This document shows positions 40,886-49,945 of a stretch of DNA of 64,000 bases, piece by piece. The notes beneath the pieces are model-generated. The model saw only the letters and a program-made list of their open reading frames with translations. It ran no database searches and was not told where the DNA came from. A program made the translations under genes and the position numbers. Position 1 is the stretch's first letter; every line of letters starts with the position of its first letter. This stretch comes from Granulosicoccus sp. (GTDB taxonomy: Bacteria > Pseudomonadota > Gammaproteobacteria > Granulosicoccales > Granulosicoccaceae), in assembly GCA_023301725.1 (NCBI GenBank), contig JALZUD010000079.1:3324-67323 (forward strand), written 5' to 3'.

Positions 40886-41593
40886 CTAGAGTTGTTTAAG
40901 AGCTTCCAGACCTTCAAAGTACTCTGGGTAGGTTTCTACTACGTGTGGCAAATCTTTTTTGATTTCTCGCAGATGTGTACGCATGGCTTTATCGGCAGCA
41001 CTGGCTTTGCGATCACGTATTGCGTCAACAATAGCTTGATGATGTTCAATGACTTTGGTAGGCGAGAATCTGCCAGCACTGATGTTGCGCACCCGGCTGA
41101 CTTGCACATTGAGACTTTCGAGGAAAGTGTTTACCTCAGGGGTTGCAGCATTGTGAGCCAGTGACTTGTGAAATACTTCGTCAAGACGCATGAGTTCAGG
41201 TAGATCAAGTGCTTGAGCTGCTTTGCGTTGTTGCTCCAGCTGCTCATAAAGTGACGTGATCATCTCATCGCTTGCCAATTTGCACACTCGACGCACTAGA
41301 TCGGCCTCCACCGCCTCTCTTACAAACCGAGCTGCCAGAGCTGAGGGGATGGAAATACGCGTTATGTACGTGCCCCGTTGTGGGCGAATGTGTACCAGCT
41401 GTTCTTCAGCGAGTTTGATAAACGCCTCTCTAACAGGTTGCCGAGATACTTCATAGGTTGTGGCAATTTCAGTTTCGGAGATACGCTGACCTGGCGCCAG
41501 TTCACAGGAAATGATTCGGTCGCGCAACTGCTTGTGCAGCTGCGGCGAGACAGCGACATCTAAAGACAAAGGTGTTACCGTCGGGATTTCCAT
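40886..41593 (-). CDS. GntR (FCD) family regulator
   Basis: LAPGQRISE..IA..Y.VSRQPVREAF..L, RPQRGT, DE.FH, HHQAIVDAI. Start set at ATG 41593. Confidence 0.92.
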   Translation of the reverse strand: MEIPTVTPLSLDVAVSPQLHKQLRDRIISCELAPGQRISETEIATTYEVSRQPVREAFIKLAEEQLVHIRPQRGTYITRISIPSALAARFVREAVEADLVRRVCKLASDEMITSLYEQLEQQRKAAQALDLPELMRLDEVFHKSLAHNAATPEVNTFLESLNVQVSRVRNISAGRFSPTKVIEHHQAIVDAIRDRKASAADKAMRTHLREIKKDLPHVVETYPEYFEGLEALKQL

Positions 41594-41638
41594 GGATTTC
41601 CTGCGTTTTAGGAATGCGTCCGTTATAACTAGATGCCG

Positions 41639-41666
41639 CATACTTGTCAACTTGTATGGCAGTATG
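41639..41666. promoter_or_regulatory. Putative GntR operator
   Basis: CATAC-ttgtcaactt-GTATG-gca-GTATG in the 109-nt divergent spacer between the GntR gene and uxuA. Confidence 0.5.
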
Positions 41667-41702
41667 ATAATGTCGCCGTAATACATCAAGCGAGTTATTG
41701 GC

Positions 41703-42920
41703 ATGCTTCAGACATGGCGTTGGTTTGGTCCAACCGATGCGCTCTCCATCGATGATTTAATGCAAGCTGGAGTGCGGGGTGTTGTATCGGCTTTGCACCA
41801 TATTCCACCGGGAGACACTTGGCTGCCACAACAAATCAGCCAAAGACAAACCGACATTGCACATATGAGCAACGGTAGCCTTTCTGGTCTAACGTGGGAT
41901 GTAGTCGAGAGTTTGCCTGTGTCCGAGGATATTAAACGGAAAACAGGCGACTGGAAGCGGCATGTGGCGAACTACTGTGAAAGTTTGAGCAATCTTCGTG
42001 CTGCCGGTATTGAGGTGGTTTGCTACAACTTTATGCCAGTACTTGATTGGACCCGAACTGATCTTGCTTATCCTTTAGCAAACGGTGCCACCTGCATGCG
42101 TTTCGACTACATCGATTTTGCTGTGTTTGATCTGCACATATTAAAGCGCGCCCAAGCGGCCGCTGAGTTCCCCGAAGACATCATTCAGGCGGCTACCAAG
42201 CGCTTTGCACAGATGTCTGAGGAGAGAAAAAAAGAGCTTCTTGACAACATCGTGTGTGGTCTACCTGGAGCCGCAGAATCCCTATCTATAGAGGGTGTTC
42301 GGGAGAGCCTAGCGGTCTACAACACCATTTCTGCTGATCAGCTTCGAGCCAATCTTATCGATTTTTTGTCAGAAGTTGCACCCCATGCACAGATGCTGGG
42401 CATGCGGCTGTGCTGTCATCCTGATGACCCACCCATTCCTTTGCTGGGATTGCCGCGAATCATGTCAACGCAAAGCGATTATCAAACCATTCTCGCTGCA
42501 GTAGATGTGCCCTCCAATGGCGTAACCCTATGTTCTGGGTCATTGGGCGCGCGCAACGATAACAACTTGCCACAAATGATGAAGCAGCTTGGTGATCGGG
42601 TGCATTTTCTTCATCTGCGAAATGTTAAGCGTGAAACCGATGGTCTGTTTGGTAGTTTTCACGAAGCAGAGCATCTTGGTGGAGACACCGATATGGTTGC
42701 ACTTATTGCTGCAATCCTAGAAGAAGAACGCAGACGAAAGGTCGTTGGGCGCGCTGATGCGTCGATTCCCTTCCGGCCCGATCACGGGCAAAACATTCTT
42801 GATGATCATAAGCGTAAGTCCCAGCCGGGATACCCTGCCATAGGCAGACTCAAGGGGCTTGCTGAATTAAGAGGCATCGAGGCCGCACTTAGCCATAAGG
42901 CATTGGAATCTGGCCTATGA
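41703..42920 (+). CDS. uxuA: Mannonate dehydratase
   Basis: TWRWFGP, VVSALHH, CYNFMPVLDWTRT, HPDDPP, CSGSLG, HFLHLRN, RPDHG, GRLKGLAELRG. Confidence 0.96.
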   Translation: MLQTWRWFGPTDALSIDDLMQAGVRGVVSALHHIPPGDTWLPQQISQRQTDIAHMSNGSLSGLTWDVVESLPVSEDIKRKTGDWKRHVANYCESLSNLRAAGIEVVCYNFMPVLDWTRTDLAYPLANGATCMRFDYIDFAVFDLHILKRAQAAAEFPEDIIQAATKRFAQMSEERKKELLDNIVCGLPGAAESLSIEGVRESLAVYNTISADQLRANLIDFLSEVAPHAQMLGMRLCCHPDDPPIPLLGLPRIMSTQSDYQTILAAVDVPSNGVTLCSGSLGARNDNNLPQMMKQLGDRVHFLHLRNVKRETDGLFGSFHEAEHLGGDTDMVALIAAILEEERRRKVVGRADASIPFRPDHGQNILDDHKRKSQPGYPAIGRLKGLAELRGIEAALSHKALESGL

Positions 42921-43099
42921 GCAGCTCATTCAAAATAATGAGCATAACGTTTTACGGATTGTCGACTGTGGTCGACTCCATCCACTATACGGAACTTGTG
43001 CGCCTGTTTGGCGTTGTTCCGTTACTACCACTGCCCGTCTCGTCGGGATCACTTGCGTACGATCGCGGCAATGCCGCAAAAAACCATTGGAGATAACAA

Positions 43100-44092
43100 A
43101 TGAAATTTTTAAAATCGACTCTTGCAGCCACTGCAATTGCAACCGTACTAGGAGGCGTGGCTATGACTGCAAGCGCCGCCGATCTTACACTGCGTGCCGC
43201 TAGTCTTTTTGATGAAGAGCATGCCTATACCAAAACATTACGAGAGTTTGAGCGTCTTGTTGCTGAAGCGTATACAGGTGAAATTGAGTTTGAAATGCAC
43301 CTAAACGGTGAGCTAGGTGACGAGAGCGATTTCGTGACATTTTTACAGCAGGGTGTTGCTATTGATTACGCGGTAATGGCGCCTTCGAACATGGCTGTTT
43401 TTGCTCCAGCAATTCCATTGATGGATATGCCTTTCTTATTCCGTGATTTAGATCATTGGAATGCCGTACTGTCTTCAGATGTTTTAAAGCCACTCGAAGA
43501 TGAGCTGTCTGAAAAAGCTGACATCAAAGTTATAGGCTATGCAGGCGGTGGTACTCGTAACTTAGCTTCAGCCGATCCTATTGCCAATATGGATGAACTG
43601 ACGGGCCACAAGATGCGCGTTATGGGCGCACCTATCCAGGCAAAAATCTTTGCATCTATTTCAGCAGCACCTGCAGCTATTGCTTACAACGAAGTCTATA
43701 ACGCTATCCAGACTGGTGTTATTGGTGGATTCGAAAACGAAGCAGCGTCAATTCAGAACCTTAAGTTCTACGAAGTAGCACCAAACATCACATTAACCAA
43801 GCATGCGATTACTGTGCGCCCATTGGTGATGAGTGGCAAGAGCTTTCGCAACCTGTCAGAAGACCTACAAGCTATTGTTATGGAAGCAGGCGCCGCTGCT
43901 GGTGCTTTCGGTCGTGAGATCGAAAGCCGTGAAGATGGTGAGAAGCTGAAAGTTATGGAAGATGCTGGTCAAATTGTGGTCACTGAATTCGAAAACCGTG
44001 ATCAGCTGCTAGAGCTTGTTGTTCCGGTTCAAGATGAATTTGCTGCTGATCTTGATGCTACTGAATTGCTCGAAGCTATTCGCGCAATGTAA
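43100..44092 (+). CDS. TRAP transporter substrate-binding protein (DctP)
   Basis: Signal peptide, PFLFRD..H, G.KMRVM, YNEVYNAIQTGVI.G.EN. Confidence 0.92.
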   Translation: MKFLKSTLAATAIATVLGGVAMTASAADLTLRAASLFDEEHAYTKTLREFERLVAEAYTGEIEFEMHLNGELGDESDFVTFLQQGVAIDYAVMAPSNMAVFAPAIPLMDMPFLFRDLDHWNAVLSSDVLKPLEDELSEKADIKVIGYAGGGTRNLASADPIANMDELTGHKMRVMGAPIQAKIFASISAAPAAIAYNEVYNAIQTGVIGGFENEAASIQNLKFYEVAPNITLTKHAITVRPLVMSGKSFRNLSEDLQAIVMEAGAAAGAFGREIESREDGEKLKVMEDAGQIVVTEFENRDQLLELVVPVQDEFAADLDATELLEAIRAM

Positions 44093-44127
44093 TTAGTTAG
44101 AAACGCGGCACACCAGATTAGCTTGGT

Positions 44128-44652
44128 GTGCCGCATCGATTCACCTATTTGGACGCACTCACGATGGGCAAGGTACTTGAACATTTTTGTATGGGGCTAC
44201 GTTTCCTGGTCGGTCTGTTGACCATGCTGTTAGCGTTGCCGGTAGCCGCCCAGGTCTTAGCTAGATACACTGGAATCATTCCTGTGTATCTTTGGACCGA
44301 AGAGCTAGCAACTTTCATTTTTGTATGGGTGGTAATGATAGGTTCTATGATTGCAGTATGGGATGGCACGCATTTTTCGGTAGAGGTTTTGCCTGAGTCA
44401 AAATCGCCACTCATAAAACTTATTCAAAAATCATTTGTACTTGTTCTACTCATAATGTTCGGATTGATGTTTGCCTGGTACGGAATTGAATACACAAAAT
44501 TTGGTTTCATCCAACACTCTGTAATGTTGAATGCCAATATGGTTGTTACACATGTGTCTGTATTAATTGCCGGGCTGGTGTGGGCTTTGTTCGCTGGGTA
44601 CCGTCTGTATGAAGCCATCGGTGAGTATCGACAGACGAGGACTGCCTCATGA
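44128..44652 (+). CDS. TRAP transporter small permease (DctQ)
   Basis: QV.ARY, WTEELA.F.FVW, HFSVE; four TM; start may be ATG 44164. Confidence 0.9.
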   Translation: MPHRFTYLDALTMGKVLEHFCMGLRFLVGLLTMLLALPVAAQVLARYTGIIPVYLWTEELATFIFVWVVMIGSMIAVWDGTHFSVEVLPESKSPLIKLIQKSFVLVLLIMFGLMFAWYGIEYTKFGFIQHSVMLNANMVVTHVSVLIAGLVWALFAGYRLYEAIGEYRQTRTAS

Positions 44653-45959
44653 TGATAATTTCAACAGGCTTGGCGTGTGCGATTCTGGTAGGTGGTTTTC
44701 TTCTATTGGTAATGCTTCGCGTACCGGTCGCTTTTGCTTTGGGCTTAGCCACCATCCCCATTGTTGTACTTGATTTACGCTTAACACCGTTCATTCTTCT
44801 TGACCGGATGTTTCAATCTTATAACTCCTTTATTTTGCTGGCTGTGCCGTTCTTTTTGTTGGCAGCAAACTTAATGAATTCAGGCAAGATTACAGACCGG
44901 ATGATAGACCTTGCAAAGGTCATGACGGGCTGGCTTCCTGGTGGCTTAGGCCACGTTAACGTTGTAGTGTCCATGTTATTCGCAGGCATTTCAGGCTCGT
45001 CAACAGCGGATGCTGCGGGTTGTGGCAAGATTCTGATACCCGCCATGAAGCGTGAAGGCTTTGATGCTCGATTCGCTGTCGCTATCACCGCATGTTCATC
45101 GGTCATGGGGGTCATTATTCCACCAAGTATCTTGATGGTGGTTTGGGGTGGTGTCATGCAAATATCGGTAGGTGCCTTATTTCTCGCGGGTGCTGTGCCT
45201 GGATTTCTTATTGGTCTGGCGTTGCTCCTTACCGTCTATGGCTATGCCAAAGCGCACGGATATCCAACCTCTGCTCGCCCAACGCTCGGTGAATCCTGGA
45301 GAGCATTTACCGGTTCAATCCTTGCTCTACTGACACCCGTGTTTGTGGTGGGCGGAATTATTGGTGGCATTGTGACGCCTACTGAGAGTGCCATCATCGC
45401 GGCAGGCTACGCAATGATTCTGGGCTTGTTTGTTTATAGAACCGTCAGCTTTAAACAGCTGGGTCATATTTTTTACGACACCGGAAGGTTTGCATCGATT
45501 TCGCTTTTTGCTATCGGCACCGCTACCGCGTTTGGATGGTTGCTGGCTTACTATAAAGTGCCTCGTTTAATTGTTGAGTGGCTAACGCTAATTGATGCAG
45601 GTCCCTTTGGAACAGGCCTAGTCATCGCATTGTTATTCTTGTTGTTCGGTTTGTTCATTGATGCCATCCCCACCATCATCATTCTAGGCACTGTTTTAAT
45701 GCCGGTGGCAGCAGGCGCTGACATCCATCCGATTGTGTTCGCTATCATCGGGATTATTTCTTTGGCTTTTGGACTCGTAACCCCGCCTTATGGATTGTGC
45801 TTGCTTATCTCAGCCGCCATTGGCGAATTGAATGTGGTGCAAGTGATCAAGGATGTGGTGATTATCCTGATACCTATGCTCGTCATCCTGCTTCTGGTTA
45901 TTGTCTTTCCAGAGATAGCACTGTGGTTGCCACGGTTGTTTATGCCAGGGACTATCTAG
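44649..45959 (+). CDS. TRAP transporter large permease (DctM)
   Basis: LLAVPFF.LA, FAGISGSS.AD, IIPPSI, TPTES, TPPYG. Confidence 0.94.
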   Translation: MMIISTGLACAILVGGFLLLVMLRVPVAFALGLATIPIVVLDLRLTPFILLDRMFQSYNSFILLAVPFFLLAANLMNSGKITDRMIDLAKVMTGWLPGGLGHVNVVVSMLFAGISGSSTADAAGCGKILIPAMKREGFDARFAVAITACSSVMGVIIPPSILMVVWGGVMQISVGALFLAGAVPGFLIGLALLLTVYGYAKAHGYPTSARPTLGESWRAFTGSILALLTPVFVVGGIIGGIVTPTESAIIAAGYAMILGLFVYRTVSFKQLGHIFYDTGRFASISLFAIGTATAFGWLLAYYKVPRLIVEWLTLIDAGPFGTGLVIALLFLLFGLFIDAIPTIIILGTVLMPVAAGADIHPIVFAIIGIISLAFGLVTPPYGLCLLISAAIGELNVVQVIKDVVIILIPMLVILLLVIVFPEIALWLPRLFMPGTI

Positions 45960-45968
45960 CGGTAAGGC

Positions 45969-46009
45969 AAAAAAAAGGACGATCACCGGATTGGGCCGAT
46001 GATCGTCCT
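45969..46009 (-). terminator. Intrinsic terminator for the rpoH-direction transcript
   Basis: AGGACGATCA../..TGATCGTCCT stem with an A8 run that reads as a U-tract on the minus strand. Confidence 0.7.
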
Positions 46010-46084
46010 GACGTGCTAGTAGGTTTTCTTAACTTGCCGCCAATGCATAGTTGGAATCTGCGCGGCGAGTAAATAACTATCCCG

Positions 46085-46120
46085 AACTCGATGCACGGCA
46101 GTTAAGCCTTGCATCGAGTT
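46085..46120. other. Stem-loop immediately after the rpoH stop
   Basis: AACTCGATGCA/TGCATCGAGTT 11-bp stem plus GGC/GCC. Confidence 0.6.
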
Positions 46121-46128
46121 GATCGACT

Positions 46129-47001
46129 TTAAGCTGCAACTAGCAGATGCGTCTTAATCTTCTTCATAGCTGCCTTCTCGATCTGCCTGATTCGCTCAGC
46201 GGATACGCCGTATTCGTCAGCCAGCTCGTGCAACGTGGATTTCTCCTCTTGCAACCATCGACGCTGCAGAATGTTTCTGCTTCTGTCGTCTAGTATTTCC
46301 ATACCAGCTGCCAGGCCGTCGTGTGAGTTAGTTCTGCCATCCTCACGTTCAAGGATCATGGACGGGTCGTCTTGCTCCTGAAACAGCATGTCAGAAGGGG
46401 ACAGACTCACTCTGTCCTCGCTGGAGCCTGCAGGTGCATCAAACGCGCTGTCGTGCCCGTGCATGCGCGATTCCATCTCGACAACCACTTTTTCGTCAAC
46501 ACCGAGATCTTCTGCTACGGCAGATACTTCATCCTGGCTGAACCAGTTGAGTTCTTTCTTAGCGCTTCGCAGCTTGAAGAACAGTTTACGTTGTGATTTG
46601 GTCGTTGCCACTTTCACGATACGCCAGTTCTTGATCACGAATTCGTGAATCTCGGCGCGGATCCAGTGGACTGCGAAAGAGATCAGGCGTACGCCGACAT
46701 CTGGGTCAAAGCGTTTTACTGCCTTCATCAGGCCAATATTGCCTTCTTGGACCAAATCAGACATGGGGAGGCCGTAGCCTTTGTATGAGCGAGCAATATG
46801 AACCACAAAACGCAGCTGCGACATGACTAGCTGTCGGGCAGCGTCGAGGTCTTCGCTGTCTCGCAGACGACGTGCAAGGGTCTGCTCTTGCTCTACGGAC
46901 AGTAGATCGATGTTGGCGATCTTGGACATGTAGCTGTTCATGTCATCAGCGATGACTGGGATAGCTACTGCGGTGTTGTTTATTGTCAGCGCGTTACTCA
47001 T
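46129..47001 (-). CDS. rpoH: RNA polymerase sigma factor sigma32
   Basis: LRFVVHIAR.Y.GYGL..SDL.QEGNIGLMKAVKRFDP, WRIVKVATTKSQRKLFFKLR (RpoH box), VSAERIRQ.E. Confidence 0.97.
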   Translation of the reverse strand: MSNALTINNTAVAIPVIADDMNSYMSKIANIDLLSVEQEQTLARRLRDSEDLDAARQLVMSQLRFVVHIARSYKGYGLPMSDLVQEGNIGLMKAVKRFDPDVGVRLISFAVHWIRAEIHEFVIKNWRIVKVATTKSQRKLFFKLRSAKKELNWFSQDEVSAVAEDLGVDEKVVVEMESRMHGHDSAFDAPAGSSEDRVSLSPSDMLFQEQDDPSMILEREDGRTNSHDGLAAGMEILDDRSRNILQRRWLQEEKSTLHELADEYGVSAERIRQIEKAAMKKIKTHLLVAA

Positions 47002-47037
47002 TGAATGTACTCTCCGACGACTGTAGGAAGTGATATT

Positions 47038-47064
47038 TTAGCACTCACCTAGTGAGAGTGCTAA
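47038..47064. promoter_or_regulatory. CIRCE element (HrcA operator)
   Basis: TTAGCACTC-acctagtga-GAGTGCTAA: exact TTAGCACTC-N9-GAGTGCTAA consensus, 36 nt from the rpoH ATG. Confidence 0.93.
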
Positions 47065-47079
47065 TTAGCAGGTTAGTTC
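47053..47079 (-). promoter_or_regulatory. Putative sigmaE (RpoE/AlgU) promoter of rpoH
   Basis: Minus strand GAACTA-N16-TCTCA vs GAACTT-N16-TCTGA (E. coli rpoH P3); the -10 lies inside CIRCE. Confidence 0.55.
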
Positions 47080-47175
47080 GAGCGGTATTTGTTTACAATT
47101 TGAGAAGTCGACTACCTAGGCTCATAAAAACTCTTACGAAAACAATATCTTACTGGATCTGTGTGGGCTTTAAAC

Positions 47176-48129
47176 TTAATGTCTGAGGTGTTGTGACGGT
47201 CGAAAGAGGCTGCTAACAGCGCCCACTAGACCCAAACACACGCAAACCGAGATAACGAGCAATATTTGAGACAGCGTTGGCATTGAGACGGCAAATTCGT
47301 TCTGATATAGCGATGACAGCGTATCGGCAGGATTTTGCACGGCATTTAGGGCAAACAAGCCGATAACGCAGGCAAGTACCCCCCCCAACAAGCCGTATAC
47401 TGCGCCGGTGTAGACAATTGGGCGATTCATGAAATGTCGAGGTGCTCCCAATAGATTGGCGACTTCAAGTTCACTTTTTCTTCTCACTAATTCCAGACGA
47501 ATGGTATTTGTGATGACCAGCAGCGCGCTCAATGTTAGGAATGCTGCTAGTAAGCCGCCTATCCACGCCAGTAAGCTCAGAGCCGCTGCTAGTCGTCTCA
47601 CCCAGCGCAAATCCAATTGCACGCGCTCAACTTCGGGGATATTTGCCAGAGCCTCTGCCAGTCGGTCGGTGCTGCCAGAGGTGATATCTGTGATTTGCGG
47701 ATAGACCACAATGGCTCCCGGCAAAGGGTTTGCGCCCAATAAGGCAATGGCGCTGCTAATGTCACTTGCCTCACCCAGCATGGCAAGCGATTGGTCCTTC
47801 GAGATGTAGTCAGTACGCGCGATATCCTGTCTTGTCAGCCAGGCTTTAGCTAATTCAGCACCAGCAACATCACTAACGTCGACACGCAGATAGGTTGTGA
47901 TGCTCTCGCCCTCAAGGCTTCGATGACCAAGGGTAGCCAGATTAAGATAGGCAAAGTACAGAATCACAGGTAAGGCCAGAGTGACTCCGAGCATTAATAG
48001 TGTGCCCAAAGAGGCAATTCGTTGTTGTTTGAGCTGGCGTATGCTTTGCGACAATGCGTACCCTCGGCGGGTATAGGTCCATCGTGCGCCGCTACCATCC
48101 AGTGTGTCAGGGTCTGGCTTTGTGCTCAT
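47176..48129 (-). CDS. ftsX: Cell division permease
   Basis: NPLPGAIVV, D.RWV.RL, NTIRL...R..E.EV..LLGA...F..RP.VY.G; follows ftsE. Confidence 0.92.
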   Translation of the reverse strand: MSTKPDPDTLDGSGARWTYTRRGYALSQSIRQLKQQRIASLGTLLMLGVTLALPVILYFAYLNLATLGHRSLEGESITTYLRVDVSDVAGAELAKAWLTRQDIARTDYISKDQSLAMLGEASDISSAIALLGANPLPGAIVVYPQITDITSGSTDRLAEALANIPEVERVQLDLRWVRRLAAALSLLAWIGGLLAAFLTLSALLVITNTIRLELVRRKSELEVANLLGAPRHFMNRPIVYTGAVYGLLGGVLACVIGLFALNAVQNPADTLSSLYQNEFAVSMPTLSQILLVISVCVCLGLVGAVSSLFRPSQHLRH

Positions 48130-48848
48130 GAGCTGACCTTTCTTGTCGCTGAGTGTTTTCTCGAGCCGTGCGCTGACTGGGTGGATTTAGCTTCGTCATG
48201 AATCAGCTGGCCGTTCGCAAGGGTCAATCGTTGAAAAGGGTACGTTTGCAACAGATGTTCATCGTGGGTCGCAAAAACTACGGTGACACCAGAGGCATTA
48301 AAATGCATCAGCAGTTGCATGATCTCCTGACTCATCTCACTATCAAGGTTGCCAGTGGGCTCATCGGCCAATAACAACTTAGGCCGGGCCACTACGGCGC
48401 GAGCAATACCCACTCTCTGTTGCTCTCCACCAGAGAGATTAATGGGCTTCTCCGCGCCGCGCTGACCGAGTCCTACCTTGGTTAGCGCGGCATTTACGCG
48501 CAATTTGATATCATCAAAATGGTATCCACCAATGATTAACGGTAGCGCGATATTGTCGAAAACATTGCGATCATGAAGTAGCTGATTGTCTTGAAAAACG
48601 ATACCCATCTGCTGCCGAAGCGCGCGCTCTTGGCGCACGCCTAGCTCGCTGTAGACGATATTGCCCACCTGAATATCTCCCGAGGTGGGTCGCGTAAGGC
48701 GCGCTATAAGCTGTAGCAATGAGCTTTTTCCAGCGCCAGAATGTCCGTTAAGGAACGTGAATGAGCCTGATTTCAGGTCGAACGAAAGGTTCTCAAGCGC
48801 GTACTTGCCTAAGCGGTATTCAAGGCTAACATTCTGGAAGCTGATCAC
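48126..48848 (-). CDS. ftsE: Cell division ATP-binding protein
   Basis: GHSGAGKSS, GIVFQD, LSGGEQQRVGIARA, LLADEPTGNLD. Start set at GTG 48848. Confidence 0.95.
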   Translation of the reverse strand: MISFQNVSLEYRLGKYALENLSFDLKSGSFTFLNGHSGAGKSSLLQLIARLTRPTSGDIQVGNIVYSELGVRQERALRQQMGIVFQDNQLLHDRNVFDNIALPLIIGGYHFDDIKLRVNAALTKVGLGQRGAEKPINLSGGEQQRVGIARAVVARPKLLLADEPTGNLDSEMSQEIMQLLMHFNASGVTVVFATHDEHLLQTYPFQRLTLANGQLIHDEAKSTQSAHGSRKHSATRKVSS

Positions 48849-48933
48849 GGTAAGTTCGCATTTCTGTGCTGTCAATCTGCGAAAGGAGTATAGAAGTTGA
48901 AGTGAGTTTGTCTGTTAAATAATGGTACGAATG

Positions 48934-49908
48934 CTAACTATCGTTCGACAGCAAGGCATCCACATAACGCTTGGCCTCGAATACTTCGAGATCCGCAACT
49001 TGCTCACCCACCCCAATAAAACGGATGGGAAGCTTGAGTTTGTCTGCGATAGCAAAGACAACACCACCCTTGGCTGTTCCATCAAGTTTGGTTACCACCA
49101 TGCCAGTCAGGTCCATTGCTGTATGGAACTGCTCGGCTTGATTGAGCGCGTTTTGCCCGGTTCCACCGTCTAGAACAATAAGTGTTTCGTGTGGTGCCTG
49201 TGGGTCGATCTTGCCAATCACCCGCTTAACCTTGCGTAGCTCTTCCATCAAGTTATCTTGTGTGTGAAGCCTGCCGGCGGTGTCGGCAATGAGCACATCA
49301 ATGCCTTTGGATTTTGCTGATTGCACGGCATCAAATATCACCGACGCCGAATCTGCCCCACTACCTTGAGACACTACCGGCACCTGATTGCGCTCGCCCC
49401 AAGTTTGCAACTGTTCAACAGCAGCTGCTCGAAACGTATCGCCAGCCGCCAACATGACACTCTTGCCGCCATCCTGTAGCTGTTTGGCCAACTTGCCAAT
49501 AGTAGTTGTCTTGCCCGAGCCATTGACGCCAACCACAAGGATGACGAACGGCTTAGCGTCGTCAGGTATTTCAAGTGGTTGTTCGACAGGCTCGAGCAGT
49601 AGGGACAGCTCCTTGATTAATGCAAGCTTCAGCGCTTCAGAGTCGTTGACTTCGGTACGCCCTACTTGCTGACCAAGCGAATCCATGATGCGAGAGGTGG
49701 CGTCAATGCCAACATCTGCCATGATGAGTTTGCTCTCCAACTCTTCGAGCAGATCTGCATCAATCGGCTTGTTGCCCAGCATGAAGTCGAGAAGATTGTC
49801 TCGGAATCGAGAGCGGGTCCGCCCAAGCTTTTTGTCTAGAGGTGCATCAGGCTCTGGTGCCTGATCGCTGCCTTGTTTTTGTCTCTTTAAAAAACTGAAT
49901 ATACCCAT
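48934..49908 (-). CDS. ftsY: SRP receptor (short form without long acidic domain)
   Basis: GVNGSGKTTTIGK, DTFRAAA, DTAGRLHT, TKLDGTAKGG. Confidence 0.97.
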   Translation of the reverse strand: MGIFSFLKRQKQGSDQAPEPDAPLDKKLGRTRSRFRDNLLDFMLGNKPIDADLLEELESKLIMADVGIDATSRIMDSLGQQVGRTEVNDSEALKLALIKELSLLLEPVEQPLEIPDDAKPFVILVVGVNGSGKTTTIGKLAKQLQDGGKSVMLAAGDTFRAAAVEQLQTWGERNQVPVVSQGSGADSASVIFDAVQSAKSKGIDVLIADTAGRLHTQDNLMEELRKVKRVIGKIDPQAPHETLIVLDGGTGQNALNQAEQFHTAMDLTGMVVTKLDGTAKGGVVFAIADKLKLPIRFIGVGEQVADLEVFEAKRYVDALLSNDS

Positions 49909-49945
49909 GGCGTGTGCGGGACGTACCTGATTATTTTAAAATAGG

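Noticed and set aside
48934-49908. Short FtsY lacking the acidic A domain
   Set aside because: Short FtsY forms are widespread.
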